In this document: positions 46,806 through 57,275 of the stretch, piece after piece
Numbering within the stretch: the first letter of the stretch is position 1
How the letters are laid out: each line of letters starts with the position of its first letter
Assembly (NCBI GenBank): GCA_963674785.1
Contig: OY771555.1
Span: 32,001 to 96,000 of the forward strand
DNA length: 64,000 bases
DNA from: Caldisericia bacterium
GTDB taxonomy: Bacteria; Caldisericota; Caldisericia; JAAYUI01
Direction of reading: 5' to 3'
The notes under the pieces: generated by a model
Seen by the model: only the letters and a program-made list of their open reading frames with translations
Databases searched by the model: none
What the model was told of the DNA's origin: nothing
Translations under genes and position numbers: made by a program

Positions 46806-48485
46806 CTATTCAGTTTTTTTCGCTATTTCTGTCAGCAATCCTTTCGAAATATCAAACTCATAATCATAAAACTTCTCGATTACCTTATCTCCTGGTATGA
46901 TCATTTTCGCATGAATAAGGATTATGTCTTTATCATCGGTATAATCCCATTCAGTGATATAGTAATTATCCCTAAATGGTGTGGTTATCTCATAATACGG
47001 CTCATCAACCCCTGGTTTGAAAAGTCTGAATCTGTTATCTGGCATAAACGGCATACAGAGGATTCCATGTTTGCTGAAGCAATAGAAATCAGGGAAGAAG
47101 TGTTTTCTACAGTCGCCCGATAATTGATACATCGCTTGGATATAGTAGCTGTACGGCTCAAACATCTCTGATTTCATGTTATAAATATCGATCCTATGGT
47201 GATATTCACCATTTCGAATCTCTGGAATCAAATGATATCTGAAATCACCAATCTCCTGATAGCTCATGACATCATCGGTTTTCATTTTCCAAATGTACTT
47301 GAACGTTTTCACATCAAAAGCTTCCAAGTAACCACCGTGCATGTAAATCATTACTCCATTATCTCTAATACTTGGAACCCGCCCATTACCGGCACCCATA
47401 TTTTCTTCAAACTCATAAATTATTTTGTCTCTTGTGATATCAACCAAATACGCTTTGTAACCAGTGATAACAAGCAAAATATCATCGAGAATATCTTTAA
47501 ATGCAAATTCAATACTACTGCCCAAATCTCCATTGAAATTATGAAGACTGATGACAAAGAACTCTGATTCGCCAGTTTCAATATTGAATTTATCTATCTC
47601 GCATTTTTTCCCGGTATTGAATTTATCAGGTTCATAATCAATCACTTTCATGAAATAAAATAGATTTCCCCGTGAAAGCGTTGTGAAAAATTCCCGACTG
47701 GAAAGCCCTTCAAGTGAAAACTCTTTCACAACTTTCCAATCACTTGTCTTGATAAATGTCATTTTTTGAACAGGTGACTTCCAACTCATGAAAATAAAAA
47801 AGTGGTCACTAAAACCGTAAAGCTTCCCATACTCCCCAGGGACATCACAAACAATTTTTCCATTCCTCACATCTACAATCTGTTTAAACCCATTTTCATG
47901 AGAATTCCCCAAAAGGATATAGTTCTCCCTGATTTTTCTAGAATATATCTTATCACTTGATTTCACTTCCTCATCAACTTCAATCTCCCATTTGACAGAG
48001 CAATCATCAAGATAATAAGCAACCAACTTTTTATCATCATTGTCTACTTCAACCAAAAAAGGTCTTTTGTCCCAGAAAAGCATTCCGGCATCTTCACAAA
48101 AATTGTAGTCTGTTCTTTTTCCGTCAAAACCAATATGAACAATGATTCTGTTACCCTCATCATCAATCGGATATTTTGAGAAAACCACACCATCTTCAAC
48201 AATCATTGGTGACCAATAATTATTCTGCTCGCTTAATTTTGGTAATTCACAATCAAGAAGAATTTCCGCTGTTTCTGCATCCCGCAAGTGAAATCTGCCC
48301 TTATCGAGAATGTAGAATGATAGATATGGGTCGTGAGAAGAAAGGTTATCACCGGCAGGTGAGGGATAATAAAACTCCGATACCCCTTTTTGAAATTTCC
48401 ATCTGCCCTCTTTTGCCCTGCTGACCCCAGCCACACCAAGTAGAAGCACCATCACCAGAAATATTGCAATATATCTTCTTTTCAT
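46806..48485 (-). CDS. Secreted beta-propeller-like (PQQ-type repeat) hypothetical protein
   Basis: Signal peptide; repeated x-D-x-x-T/N-G-x-x-x-W blade-like motifs (LRDAETAEIL, IVDVRNGKIV, AFDVKTFKYIW). Confidence 0.6.
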   Translation of the reverse strand: MKRRYIAIFLVMVLLLGVAGVSRAKEGRWKFQKGVSEFYYPSPAGDNLSSHDPYLSFYILDKGRFHLRDAETAEILLDCELPKLSEQNNYWSPMIVEDGVVFSKYPIDDEGNRIIVHIGFDGKRTDYNFCEDAGMLFWDKRPFLVEVDNDDKKLVAYYLDDCSVKWEIEVDEEVKSSDKIYSRKIRENYILLGNSHENGFKQIVDVRNGKIVCDVPGEYGKLYGFSDHFFIFMSWKSPVQKMTFIKTSDWKVVKEFSLEGLSSREFFTTLSRGNLFYFMKVIDYEPDKFNTGKKCEIDKFNIETGESEFFVISLHNFNGDLGSSIEFAFKDILDDILLVITGYKAYLVDITRDKIIYEFEENMGAGNGRVPSIRDNGVMIYMHGGYLEAFDVKTFKYIWKMKTDDVMSYQEIGDFRYHLIPEIRNGEYHHRIDIYNMKSEMFEPYSYYIQAMYQLSGDCRKHFFPDFYCFSKHGILCMPFMPDNRFRLFKPGVDEPYYEITTPFRDNYYITEWDYTDDKDIILIHAKMIIPGDKVIEKFYDYEFDISKGLLTEIAKKTE

Positions 48486-48544
48486 AACTCACCCCATTTG
48501 TTTCTACTATCTAATACTCGGTCGGGGTGGAAAATGTTGAGTGA

Positions 48545-49597
48545 TTATTTTTGGAGGGAGATGATTTCTTTTACTTTTTCTGGATTCTCTTTGACCCAAA
48601 AATACTTTCGTGTTTTCGATGTTATTGAAACCTTATAAGCATCTGCACCTTCATATTTTGAATTCTTATCCGAGTATTCTAAAAAATCCCATTGCCACAA
48701 TTGTGATATTGGAATCCTATTTTTTTCATTTGTAATTTCTTCAAGATCAAAATATTCAAAAAAACCTTTCTTTTCTTTTTGTAAACGTATAAAGTAGCTA
48801 TCTTGTTTATCAAAATTAAATCTGTAGTTGCTGTCATCTTTTAAGATAAATGTTGGAATATTCCAAATTAGTTTCAATAACCCCCAATCAAATTCATCGA
48901 AGTTTTTGCTATCCTCATAGATTTCTTTTATTTCAGTTATAAACAAGTCTTTATCGCTACTTCTTAAATGCCTGAGTAATTGTTTACCTTCTTCAAGGAT
49001 TACACAAAACTCTCCTTGAGTTGGATCGGTATCAAATCCCAAACAATTGTTATTCTTTAGCCCGTTAATAAGAGATGACCCGATTTTTTGTAGGTCAAAA
49101 AAAATTGAATATTCTCCAGATTGACCAAACCCTCCTCCATCTGCACCACTTTGACTATAGTAAAGCTTAGGAAACAAATCGATTGCTGATAAGAACATTC
49201 TATGTTCACTTCCAAGATTAGTAAGAAGTTTCATTAAATTTGTTTTTTTACCGCTTTCAGGCGTAAGAATAGTTGGATTATTGCTCGCAAGAGTCATCGC
49301 AATCTCATTGCTCCCCTGTAATGCAACAGCAAGTTGTTCATTAACAGATTTAGTTATTAACCCATCTATTCCCTCAAGCTTCTTGTCAAGTTTTAGATAT
49401 GATGCTTCTGCTTTTTCAGATTCTCTATTGGCAATTCTTATCGATTTGTAAGCCAAATAAATGGACACTAATCCTAAAACAATCCCAACAACACTTCCAA
49501 TACTTTGAAGGTTCTCTAGAAACCAAACCCAAGCAACTTTTATCCACATTACTCTCAACTCCCAAACACTTGGTGGCTGATTTTCACCAGCCACCAA
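48545..49597 (-). CDS. Hypothetical protein with N-terminal TM and coiled coil; exact start uncertain
   Basis: 350-aa ORF directly downstream of fixX; one TM (IGSVVGIVLGLVSIYLAY); visibly more AT-rich than the fix genes. Confidence 0.6.
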   Translation of the reverse strand: MVAGENQPPSVWELRVMWIKVAWVWFLENLQSIGSVVGIVLGLVSIYLAYKSIRIANRESEKAEASYLKLDKKLEGIDGLITKSVNEQLAVALQGSNEIAMTLASNNPTILTPESGKKTNLMKLLTNLGSEHRMFLSAIDLFPKLYYSQSGADGGGFGQSGEYSIFFDLQKIGSSLINGLKNNNCLGFDTDPTQGEFCVILEEGKQLLRHLRSSDKDLFITEIKEIYEDSKNFDEFDWGLLKLIWNIPTFILKDDSNYRFNFDKQDSYFIRLQKEKKGFFEYFDLEEITNEKNRIPISQLWQWDFLEYSDKNSKYEGADAYKVSITSKTRKYFWVKENPEKVKEIISLQK

Positions 49598-49612
49598 AAC
49601 AATTATCTAAAT

Positions 49613-49897
49613 CTATCCCAACTTAAACATCACACCATAACCACCTCTGGGGAAGTTCCATGTGATGTTGCTATATGGGCAACCGATGCGGCAGCTGCCA
49701 CATTCAAGGCACCCTTCATACACGACATCGATGTGGTCTTCTTCCCAGATATAGACCTTTGCCGGGCAGAAGATGGTGCAGGGTTGACCATGCTCCTCCA
49801 TGCATTTTTTGCAGATTGACTGGTCTGCAATTTTGAGATGTGGAGTTTCATCAACTTTGAATCGGGTGGTGTACAGTTTGTCTTCAATTTTGCTCAT
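49613..49897 (-). CDS. fixX: Ferredoxin-like protein FixX/EtfX
   Basis: PHLKI..CKKC..PCTIFCPAKVY..GCLECGSCRIGC..WNFPRGGYGV. Confidence 0.93.
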   Translation of the reverse strand: MSKIEDKLYTTRFKVDETPHLKIADQSICKKCMEEHGQPCTIFCPAKVYIWEEDHIDVVYEGCLECGSCRIGCPYSNITWNFPRGGYGVMFKLG

Positions 49898-51198
49898 CTT
49901 ACAGCCCTCCATCCTCTCCATGCAATCTTAAGGAGTTTCATGAGTCCCACTTTTTTCTTGAAGTTCTTTTTGATTTTTGCCTGTTTTTCACGTTTTGTTT
50001 TGCCATCGACAGTTAACATCTCTTCAACTGTTTCACCAAGGAACTCTGGCACCTCATTGAATACTTCTTTATTTTTATAAAGGAAATGACCAAAGTTTTT
50101 ATACTTTTTCATGTCTTTCCCAACAAAACTCTTCATGACATTGTCACTGTATTCTTTGAGAATTTTTTCTGAGGTGTCTCCCGCTTTGATTGCTTTAATG
50201 GCCATTTCACCTGCCATTCGACCTGTTGCTTGGGCGAGGTTTGTTCCTTCACGATGAAGGGTATTGAAAAGCATCGCAGTATCACCAGCAAGCACATATC
50301 CATCACCATAGAGTTTTGGAATTGTATCCCAGCCACCCTCTGGTAACCAGTGGGCGGTGTATTCTTTAAGTGTTCCTCCCTCGATGAATGGTGCGATGAA
50401 GGGGTGTTTTTTGAATTTATCCATCAGTTCATATGGGGTGTTTTTGTTAACCATCCATTGCTTCAGGTTTGCACCAAGACCAAGCGAAACTGTGTCTTTG
50501 TTTGTGTACATGATGCAGATTCCATCCATACCATCAACCTGACTGCCAAGAATTTCAAACGTGACACCCTCACCAGATTTTACAGAGAATCGTTTATTTA
50601 CTTCCTCTTCACCAATCTGGATGTTTTCCTTCACTGAAAGGGCAACATTTTCTGGTTTGACCTCAGGTCTGATGCCAGCTCTAACTGTTAGTGGTGATTG
50701 GATACCATCTGCAAAAACCACCATTTTGCCAAAAACATCACCGTCTGGTCTTCCTGTTCTGACACCAATTACTTTTCCAGTGTTGTCTCTTAAAACCTCT
50801 TCAACACAGGTGTTACAGATAACAAGTGCTCCAGCTTCCTGGGCTTTTTTTGCATACCATCTGTCGAATTTTGCACGGTGAACAGAGAGAACATTTGGAG
50901 TATCTCCTGCAAACTTGCCGGTTTTATATCCCATCTGGAAAGCGCCATCATCATTCATGAGAACAATTCTTGAATCAGTGATTTGTCTTTCAATTGGGAT
51001 TCTTTTTTCTTTCCAGAATTCAGGGACAATTTTTGCAATCTCGCTTGCATAAACCACCCCCCCAAAGACACTCTTTGAACCTGGAAACTCACCTCGCTCC
51101 AGAACGATTGTTTTTATCCCTGCACGGGCTGCAACAATTGCTGCACTGATTCCAGCGGGACCTGCACCAACAATTATCAGATCAAATTTTTCTTCCAT
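49894..51198 (-). CDS. fixC: FixC/EtfC flavoprotein (ETF-quinone oxidoreductase-like)
   Basis: IIVGAGPAG, ERGEFPGSKSVFGG, RAKFDRW, EYTAHWLPEGG, AGDTA..HREGTNLA. Confidence 0.93.
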   Translation of the reverse strand: MEEKFDLIIVGAGPAGISAAIVAARAGIKTIVLERGEFPGSKSVFGGVVYASEIAKIVPEFWKEKRIPIERQITDSRIVLMNDDGAFQMGYKTGKFAGDTPNVLSVHRAKFDRWYAKKAQEAGALVICNTCVEEVLRDNTGKVIGVRTGRPDGDVFGKMVVFADGIQSPLTVRAGIRPEVKPENVALSVKENIQIGEEEVNKRFSVKSGEGVTFEILGSQVDGMDGICIMYTNKDTVSLGLGANLKQWMVNKNTPYELMDKFKKHPFIAPFIEGGTLKEYTAHWLPEGGWDTIPKLYGDGYVLAGDTAMLFNTLHREGTNLAQATGRMAGEMAIKAIKAGDTSEKILKEYSDNVMKSFVGKDMKKYKNFGHFLYKNKEVFNEVPEFLGETVEEMLTVDGKTKREKQAKIKKNFKKKVGLMKLLKIAWRGWRAVR

Positions 51199-52205
51199 CA
51201 GTTCACCCTCTTTTCCAAATCAGAGATAAGCTCTGGCAAGGCATCCTGCCACCTTTTGACGATACCGACAGTTGATACTTTGAAAATTGGGGCATTGGGG
51301 TCATTGTTGATTGAGATGATGACATCAGAGTTTTGCATGCCAACAAGATGCTGAATGGCTCCGCTTATACCAACTGCAATGAAGACTCTTGGTACAACTG
51401 TTTTTCCAGTTTGCCCAACCTGACGCTCAACAGGCAGAAGACCGGCTTCAACCATTGGTCTTGAGCCTGCGACCTCACCACCAAGAAGGTCTGCCAGTTT
51501 TTTGAGCTGTTCAAATCCTTCCTGGCTGTTGACACCTTTTCCACCTGCAACAATTATTTTTGCATGTTCAATTTCAACTGCACCCGCTTTATCTGGGATA
51601 AATTCGAGAACCTTTACTGTTATATCCTTTGGGTCAACTGGAACAGAAACATCAATTACTTCACCTTTTCTTGCTGGGTCTGGATTTCCTTTTTTCATGA
51701 CCTTTGGTCTGACAGTTGACATCTGGGGTTGTCCCTTTTGGCAAAAGATTGTTGCCATGATATTTCCACCAAATGTTGGTCTTGTTGAAAGAAGCTTGAA
51801 GGTTTTATCATCAATATCAAGACCTGTGCAATCGGCAGTGAGTCCTGCCTGAAGGACTGTTCCAACAGCTCCTGAAAGATCACGACCAAGTGGAGTAGCA
51901 CCTATCAAAACAATTGTTGGTTTGTATTTTTTTACAACTTCGCAAAAAGCGTTGTTGTACGTTCTTGTTACATATGTTTTATATGCTGGATCATCAACAA
52001 CATAAACAGTGTCTGCTCCATACTCTATGGCTTCCTTTGCAAACTGTTTTACGTTGTCACCAATGATTAAGGCACTAACTTTTTGACCAAGTTTTCCAGC
52101 GAGCCTTGTTGCCTGACCTAAAAGCTCCCAGCCAACCTCCTGAGGTTTTCCGTCTGAAACTTCGATAAAAACAAGCACATCTTTCCACTCAGTATTCTCA
52201 GCCAT
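51198..52205 (-). CDS. fixB: Electron transfer flavoprotein alpha subunit (FixB/EtfA)
   Basis: GRDL..GLTADCT, RPTFGGNIMATI, QVGQTGKTV.P..IAVGISGAIQHLVGM. Confidence 0.95.
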   Translation of the reverse strand: MAENTEWKDVLVFIEVSDGKPQEVGWELLGQATRLAGKLGQKVSALIIGDNVKQFAKEAIEYGADTVYVVDDPAYKTYVTRTYNNAFCEVVKKYKPTIVLIGATPLGRDLSGAVGTVLQAGLTADCTGLDIDDKTFKLLSTRPTFGGNIMATIFCQKGQPQMSTVRPKVMKKGNPDPARKGEVIDVSVPVDPKDITVKVLEFIPDKAGAVEIEHAKIIVAGGKGVNSQEGFEQLKKLADLLGGEVAGSRPMVEAGLLPVERQVGQTGKTVVPRVFIAVGISGAIQHLVGMQNSDVIISINNDPNAPIFKVSTVGIVKRWQDALPELISDLEKRVN

Positions 52206-53032
52206 TATTCACTCTCCTCACCAAGCACTGCTTCTCTGAAATGTTTGTTATCAAAAACAATATCCAGGGCTTTTTTGACTGCATCATCTGCATCAAACAA
52301 AGGTCCTCCCTCTCTTGGTGGCGGAGTAAAAATTCTTTTTACCCAGGTTGGACTTCCTTTAAATCCAATCTGCTCGGGATCAGCATTGATGAAGTCTGCA
52401 GACCAACTTGGTATCTCTTCACGTTCAGCTTTTATAAGTCCTGGAAGTGAGGCATATCTTGGTTCATTGATGTCTTTCTCAACAGTGATGAGTGCGGGTA
52501 ACTGTGCCTGAACAATTTCAACACCTTTTGCAAGACGTCTTTTAACAACTATCCTTTTTTCATTTTCAACAAGCTCAGTTACCTCAGTGACATACGTCGC
52601 CTGATCAAAATTCAGTCTTGTAGCAATTCCTGGGCCTGTCTGTGCTGTATCACCATCAACCGCTTGTTTACCACAGATAACGAGATTTACAGGTGTAGTA
52701 TCCTTTGATAGTTTTTCGATTGCGGTTGCAAGGGTATAGGATGTTGCAAGTGTATCTGCTGCTGCAAATTTTTTATCTGAGATAAGAATTACTCTATTTA
52801 CACCCATTGCAAGGGTTTCCTTGAGAGCGGCTTCAGCCTGCGGTGGCCCCATTGTGAGCACCGAAACCTCTCCACCATGTTTTTCAACCAACTCCAGTGC
52901 CATTTCAACGGCGTTCATATCGAATGGGTTGACGATCGACTCTACTCCTGCTCGAACAATTGTGTTTTTTTCGGGATCAATCTTGACTTCCTGAGTGTCC
53001 GGAACCTGCTTAATAAGTACAGCAATGTGCAT
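52205..53032 (-). CDS. fixA: Electron transfer flavoprotein beta subunit (FixA/EtfB)
   Basis: IKQVPDT..NPFD..TMGPP..ADTLATS..GKQAVDGDTAQTGP..GSPTWV; GGAGG SD. Confidence 0.95.
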   Translation of the reverse strand: MHIAVLIKQVPDTQEVKIDPEKNTIVRAGVESIVNPFDMNAVEMALELVEKHGGEVSVLTMGPPQAEAALKETLAMGVNRVILISDKKFAAADTLATSYTLATAIEKLSKDTTPVNLVICGKQAVDGDTAQTGPGIATRLNFDQATYVTEVTELVENEKRIVVKRRLAKGVEIVQAQLPALITVEKDINEPRYASLPGLIKAEREEIPSWSADFINADPEQIGFKGSPTWVKRIFTPPPREGGPLFDADDAVKKALDIVFDNKHFREAVLGEESE

Positions 53033-53100
53033 CTAAACCTCCTGTTATTAAAACCGTATGCGCCATACAAGCACCAACTGCTTGTCAATAAACCCGAAAG

Positions 53101-53838
53101 TTATTTCTTGATGTACCTATTATAAAAAATCTGGGCTTCCTTAATCTTCTCAGCCCATCCAAAAAGTTTTGAACTACCAAAAAAATGAACTGTATTCATC
53201 TCGCCACGTCTGCCCGGAACCGCAACAACTAACCTTGGTTTCAGGATTCTATCGGCAGTTGCTTTCGCAAGTGCTATCATCCCAAGAGATGTCACCCTGT
53301 TCATCAAAAACTGAGAGCCTTTTATGTAGTCATATGAAATAAAGACCCACCTTCTGTTGCCCAGATAATCAACCGATCTAAACTCAAGCCCATCTGGTAA
53401 CAAATGAAGATTACCAGATGCTTTTATCATTTGTGACGGATGCGTCCCATCATACGTTACTCGAGGGGATTTCTCACCAAAAGGAATATCTGAAACTTCT
53501 GACAACGAAAAATTTGGTTTTCCAGTGCTTTTCATGTATTCAAGCACATCATACCCAACCTGGATTATTATTGGCTCCTGATCTCCAAAATAGAGATACA
53601 GGTCAACGTCATCCTCGTATTCATCATAGAGAAAACAGGTCATATCTTGGATGTCTCTCTGACAAGCAAGCTTTGGAGGGAATACTGCTGTTAACCGGCT
53701 TCCTTTTGTAAGGAGTGCACCCTCCCTGTTTCCATTCCTTGACCACACACTCCACCAGCCAGAAAACTTAGTAGAGACAAGTCCATTCCTGTTGAGTACC
53801 ACATCTAAATGATGAGGAAATTCCGTCACATCGTTCAT
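53101..53838 (-). CDS. Hypothetical protein, possible C-terminal PH-like domain
   Basis: 245-aa ORF with extended -10 TGcTATAAT 8 nt before ATG; GNLHLLPDGLEF..ISYDYI is only weakly PH-like. Confidence 0.6.
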   Translation of the reverse strand: MNDVTEFPHHLDVVLNRNGLVSTKFSGWWSVWSRNGNREGALLTKGSRLTAVFPPKLACQRDIQDMTCFLYDEYEDDVDLYLYFGDQEPIIIQVGYDVLEYMKSTGKPNFSLSEVSDIPFGEKSPRVTYDGTHPSQMIKASGNLHLLPDGLEFRSVDYLGNRRWVFISYDYIKGSQFLMNRVTSLGMIALAKATADRILKPRLVVAVPGRRGEMNTVHFFGSSKLFGWAEKIKEAQIFYNRYIKK

Positions 53839-53953
53839 TTGGTTAGATTATAGCATACCCTCATTTGGTTATGATTAATTGCAAGTGTTGCCTTTATTAA
53901 CAGAAAATTATATAAAACTTGCAAAGCTCGAAAACACACAATATCATAGATAT

Positions 53954-54592
53954 ATGCAATGGTGGCAGATGTTATTGTGGACAATTCTTGGAATTGTTGT
54001 CGGAGTACTTTTTATTCATTCAGTTATTATTCGCATAATAAGAAAGATATGGAAGTTCCCAATCCCTGCTTTCGCTGTCACGTTCATCGAGGGACCACAT
54101 CGAAGAAGGGTTCAACCTCCAAAACTTGTGTTAGATTGGATGGGGCTTAAGCCGGAGATGAAGGTTCTAGAGCTTGGTCCTGGAGCAGGAGCATTTACTT
54201 TTCCGGTAGCAGAAATAGCTGGCGAAGTACATTGTATAGATATCCAACCGAAAGTTATAAACATAATGAATTCTCGAATCCAAGAGCGTGGGTTTACAAA
54301 TATCTTTCCGGTTGAGGCAAACGCTTATAATCTCCCTTATGATGATAAAAGTTTTGATCTCGTTTTCCATGTCGCGTGTTTACCTGAGATTCCAGATCCA
54401 GTAAGGGTTTTAACTGAAGTAAAAAGGGTTTTAAAAGATGATGGAATTTATGCTGATTCAGAACTTATCGTTGACCCAGATTATCCACTTGCAAGCACAG
54501 TTGTCTCATGGGCAAAAAAAGCTGGTTTAGAAAAGATTTCAGCAAATGGTAATGGAATCCATTACGTACTTAAATTTAGAAAGTCGCACTGA
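53954..54592 (+). CDS. Class I SAM-dependent methyltransferase with N-terminal TM
   Basis: VLELGPGAG, IDIQ, ANAYNLPYDDKSFDLV, EVKRVLKDDG; start set by TTGCAA-17-TATCAT-6-ATG. Confidence 0.9.
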   Translation: MQWWQMLLWTILGIVVGVLFIHSVIIRIIRKIWKFPIPAFAVTFIEGPHRRRVQPPKLVLDWMGLKPEMKVLELGPGAGAFTFPVAEIAGEVHCIDIQPKVINIMNSRIQERGFTNIFPVEANAYNLPYDDKSFDLVFHVACLPEIPDPVRVLTEVKRVLKDDGIYADSELIVDPDYPLASTVVSWAKKAGLEKISANGNGIHYVLKFRKSH

Positions 54593-54726
54593 ATTTAGGT
54601 TTCTTAGGTTAGAAATAAGGTTATATAATGATTAATTCAACAGGAAACACTTAACCGAAAGCTTAACAACAAATCACCGAAAAGTCACTAAAATGTACTC
54701 ATTCTTTAGGTAAGGGGGTGCTTTTT

Positions 54727-57209
54727 ATGAGAAAGTCATTAGTTTTAGCAGTCGTTTTTGTTTTAGTTCTTGGTTTAACACCAATCCTTGGAACGACATT
54801 TGATAGTTCAAAAAAAGACATTGTTGAGATTGGTAATGCGATAAACCTCGGTAATTTCAACGCAGATGAAGTTTTTATCCCCATCGCAACTGGTGATTAC
54901 ATTGTCTGGGGACAAAAGGATGTTGATGCTGTAAACCTTTATTCCTGCAACGTAAACACAAAAGAAGTTAAAAAAATAAACAGTGAGTCATTTCGCATAT
55001 ATACGGGACATATCCCGCCCATATGGTCTCAGTTTCAAACGGATGGGTAGCCTATATTACTGACTCGGTGATGCTTGATGGAAAGATATGGCTCACACAT
55101 GCAAATGGTGAAAACGAACCGATTATCATTTCCACAGAAAACTCTTCTCAAACTTCATACCCAGCTTTTTCGAATGGGGTTTGTTATTTCTGGCAAGAAG
55201 CAGCGGCAGAAGAAGAAACAGGGTTATATTCATACGAACCTGATACAGCGACCCGAACGCTTCTTTATTCTGATCCAGAAAGCGATTTGTTCTATCGAAA
55301 GATTTACGTTGATGATAAGTACATATTGCTTGACCAGGGAGATGGTGGAGCTTTAATACTTGATAAAATTGGTGAAAAGGTGAAAATGCTCGAACTTTTC
55401 AACAGCGAAACTGACGATCATATACACACAAAAACATCATATATAAACCTTGCCTCTAGAAACGTTCTTTTCTATAAAAATACCTTCAAAAGAGAACCTG
55501 GAAAAAGACCAATAGAGATTAGCAAGGACTATTATATTTACGACATCAACTCTGATGAGCAGGTTAATATTGGTGCAACAGCTGATTTGGGCTCAACAGC
55601 AAACCAGGTCAGCCAAAACTCAGGTGCGTTTACATTTGTTGAGATGATTGCCTTGGATGGGCCAGTTCCAGAAAACTTTGAATGGAATCTAAATGTCTAC
55701 AATCCTATTATGAGATCTGTTCATTCTATCGACTATAATGCCCCATTTGATAGCAAAAATGACTACAGGGGAAGACTCTATTCAAGCATCTATGAAGACA
55801 TGATTGTTTATCCTTCTGGTATCGACCATGATCTTTGGCATCTAGACATATTCGACATCAACAAAAAGCTTTCGTACAGAATCACAAATGATAAAGGTGT
55901 ATACCTTTATCCAACAATAAGCGACAATAAAGTTTCGTATTTTAAAGAAAACTTTGAAGAGGGTGGTTTCAACTTGTTTTTCCACAATATCGCTACTAAA
56001 GAATCTGAAATCAAAAACATCAAACGAGAGCTTGTTTTTGAGGATGAAGAAGAGATCACAAAAACCGAAAAGCCTATAATTTTTATTAAATCTCTTGGAA
56101 ACTATCTTGTATGGATCGAATATGATGAAGATGAAGAGATAAATGATGTATTCTCGTATGACTTTGAAACACAGGAAAAATTAGAACTGCTTTCCATTCC
56201 TGGATGGGGTATTTTTTCTGGCTTCGCAATTCCAAAATACTTTTTTAATGAAAGCTTTTTTGTAATTGGGACCATTGAGGAAAGATCACAAATCAGTTAT
56301 AGAACTGTTTCTCTAGACGGGGAAATTGATAGGATAATTGAGGATCCTAATGCAAAAAATATTGGAATTCATGACATCCAGGGTGATTATCTTTATCTTT
56401 CAAAAAGATATGAAGACAGCAAACTGGATGGATGTTTTGAATACAATATGAGAAGTGGCAAATCTGAATTCCTGTTTGACTTTAAGGATGTTGAAAGGAA
56501 CCAGTTTGGATTTTCATACAAAACGTGGATTGACCTATACGTCCATGGAGACAAATTTCTTATTTGCGGTGACAAAAACTCGATTTTTTTAGCAAGCAGA
56601 AATGGTGAGATTGAGAGGATTATCTGTGCAGCGGAGATGAAAACAGAACACTTTAGAACTGAAAATACTATCGAATCAATGATTGGTGACTACTTAATAA
56701 TTGAATCTAAGGTGATTACTCCGAAAATACCTGGAATCGAGTATCTTGATATGTTTAATGAACAAATTGTCTCATGTGAAACATACTGTTACAATGCCGG
56801 AAATAATAGTCTTTACCAATCAAAAACGGATGCTTTCGGATTCGTACCTAGCACATACACAAACTACTGCAACCCAAACATAATTGTGACAGGTGAATAC
56901 AATAACGACGACAATAATACTTCCAAAGAGATTTCCTACAAAGCTATAGACTTATCAAAAGGTTCTGAGGTTGATCTTATAACAAGGAATTCTGCTGATT
57001 TCAGAAACAGAGTGAAATTCTTTGAGGTGGCTGGAGATATTGTCGCATTTGAAAACAATGAAGACAGTAACTACACTATCTGTGATACTCTGACCGGTAA
57101 AATGTATACATTTGAAAATACTGTTTTAGCCCTTTCAAAAGACAGGATCATGTACCTCAAGAACCGGAAAATCCTCTCACAAAAATACTCATTTGTTATT
57201 GAAGAATAA
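54727..57209 (+). pseudogene. Frameshifted secreted beta-propeller-like protein (~820 aa if intact)
   Basis: The 54718-55050 ORF supplies the signal peptide that the overlapping 55023-57209 ORF lacks. Removing 2 nt from ATATATA (54997-55003) gives a continuous frame FRIYGTYPAHMVSVSNGW. Confidence 0.65.
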
Positions 57210-57227
57210 AATTGTCCTTTCAACAAC

Positions 57228-57265
57228 TTAAAAAACCCCAAACTATAACGTTTGGGGTTTTTTAA
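57228..57265. terminator. Bidirectional intrinsic terminator
   Basis: TTAAAAAACCCCAAAC-tataac-GTTTGGGGTTTTTTAA: perfect 16-bp inverted repeat with T-tracts on both strands, between convergent genes. Confidence 0.88.
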
Positions 57266-57275
57266 ATAGAGATTG

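Noticed and set aside
53066-53090. Possible sigma54 GG-N10-GC promoter and GTATG-cgc-CATAC mini-palindrome upstream of fixA
   Set aside because: Poor match to TGGCAC-N5-TTGC, a TTGACA lies adjacent, and 5-bp arms are too short to be meaningful.
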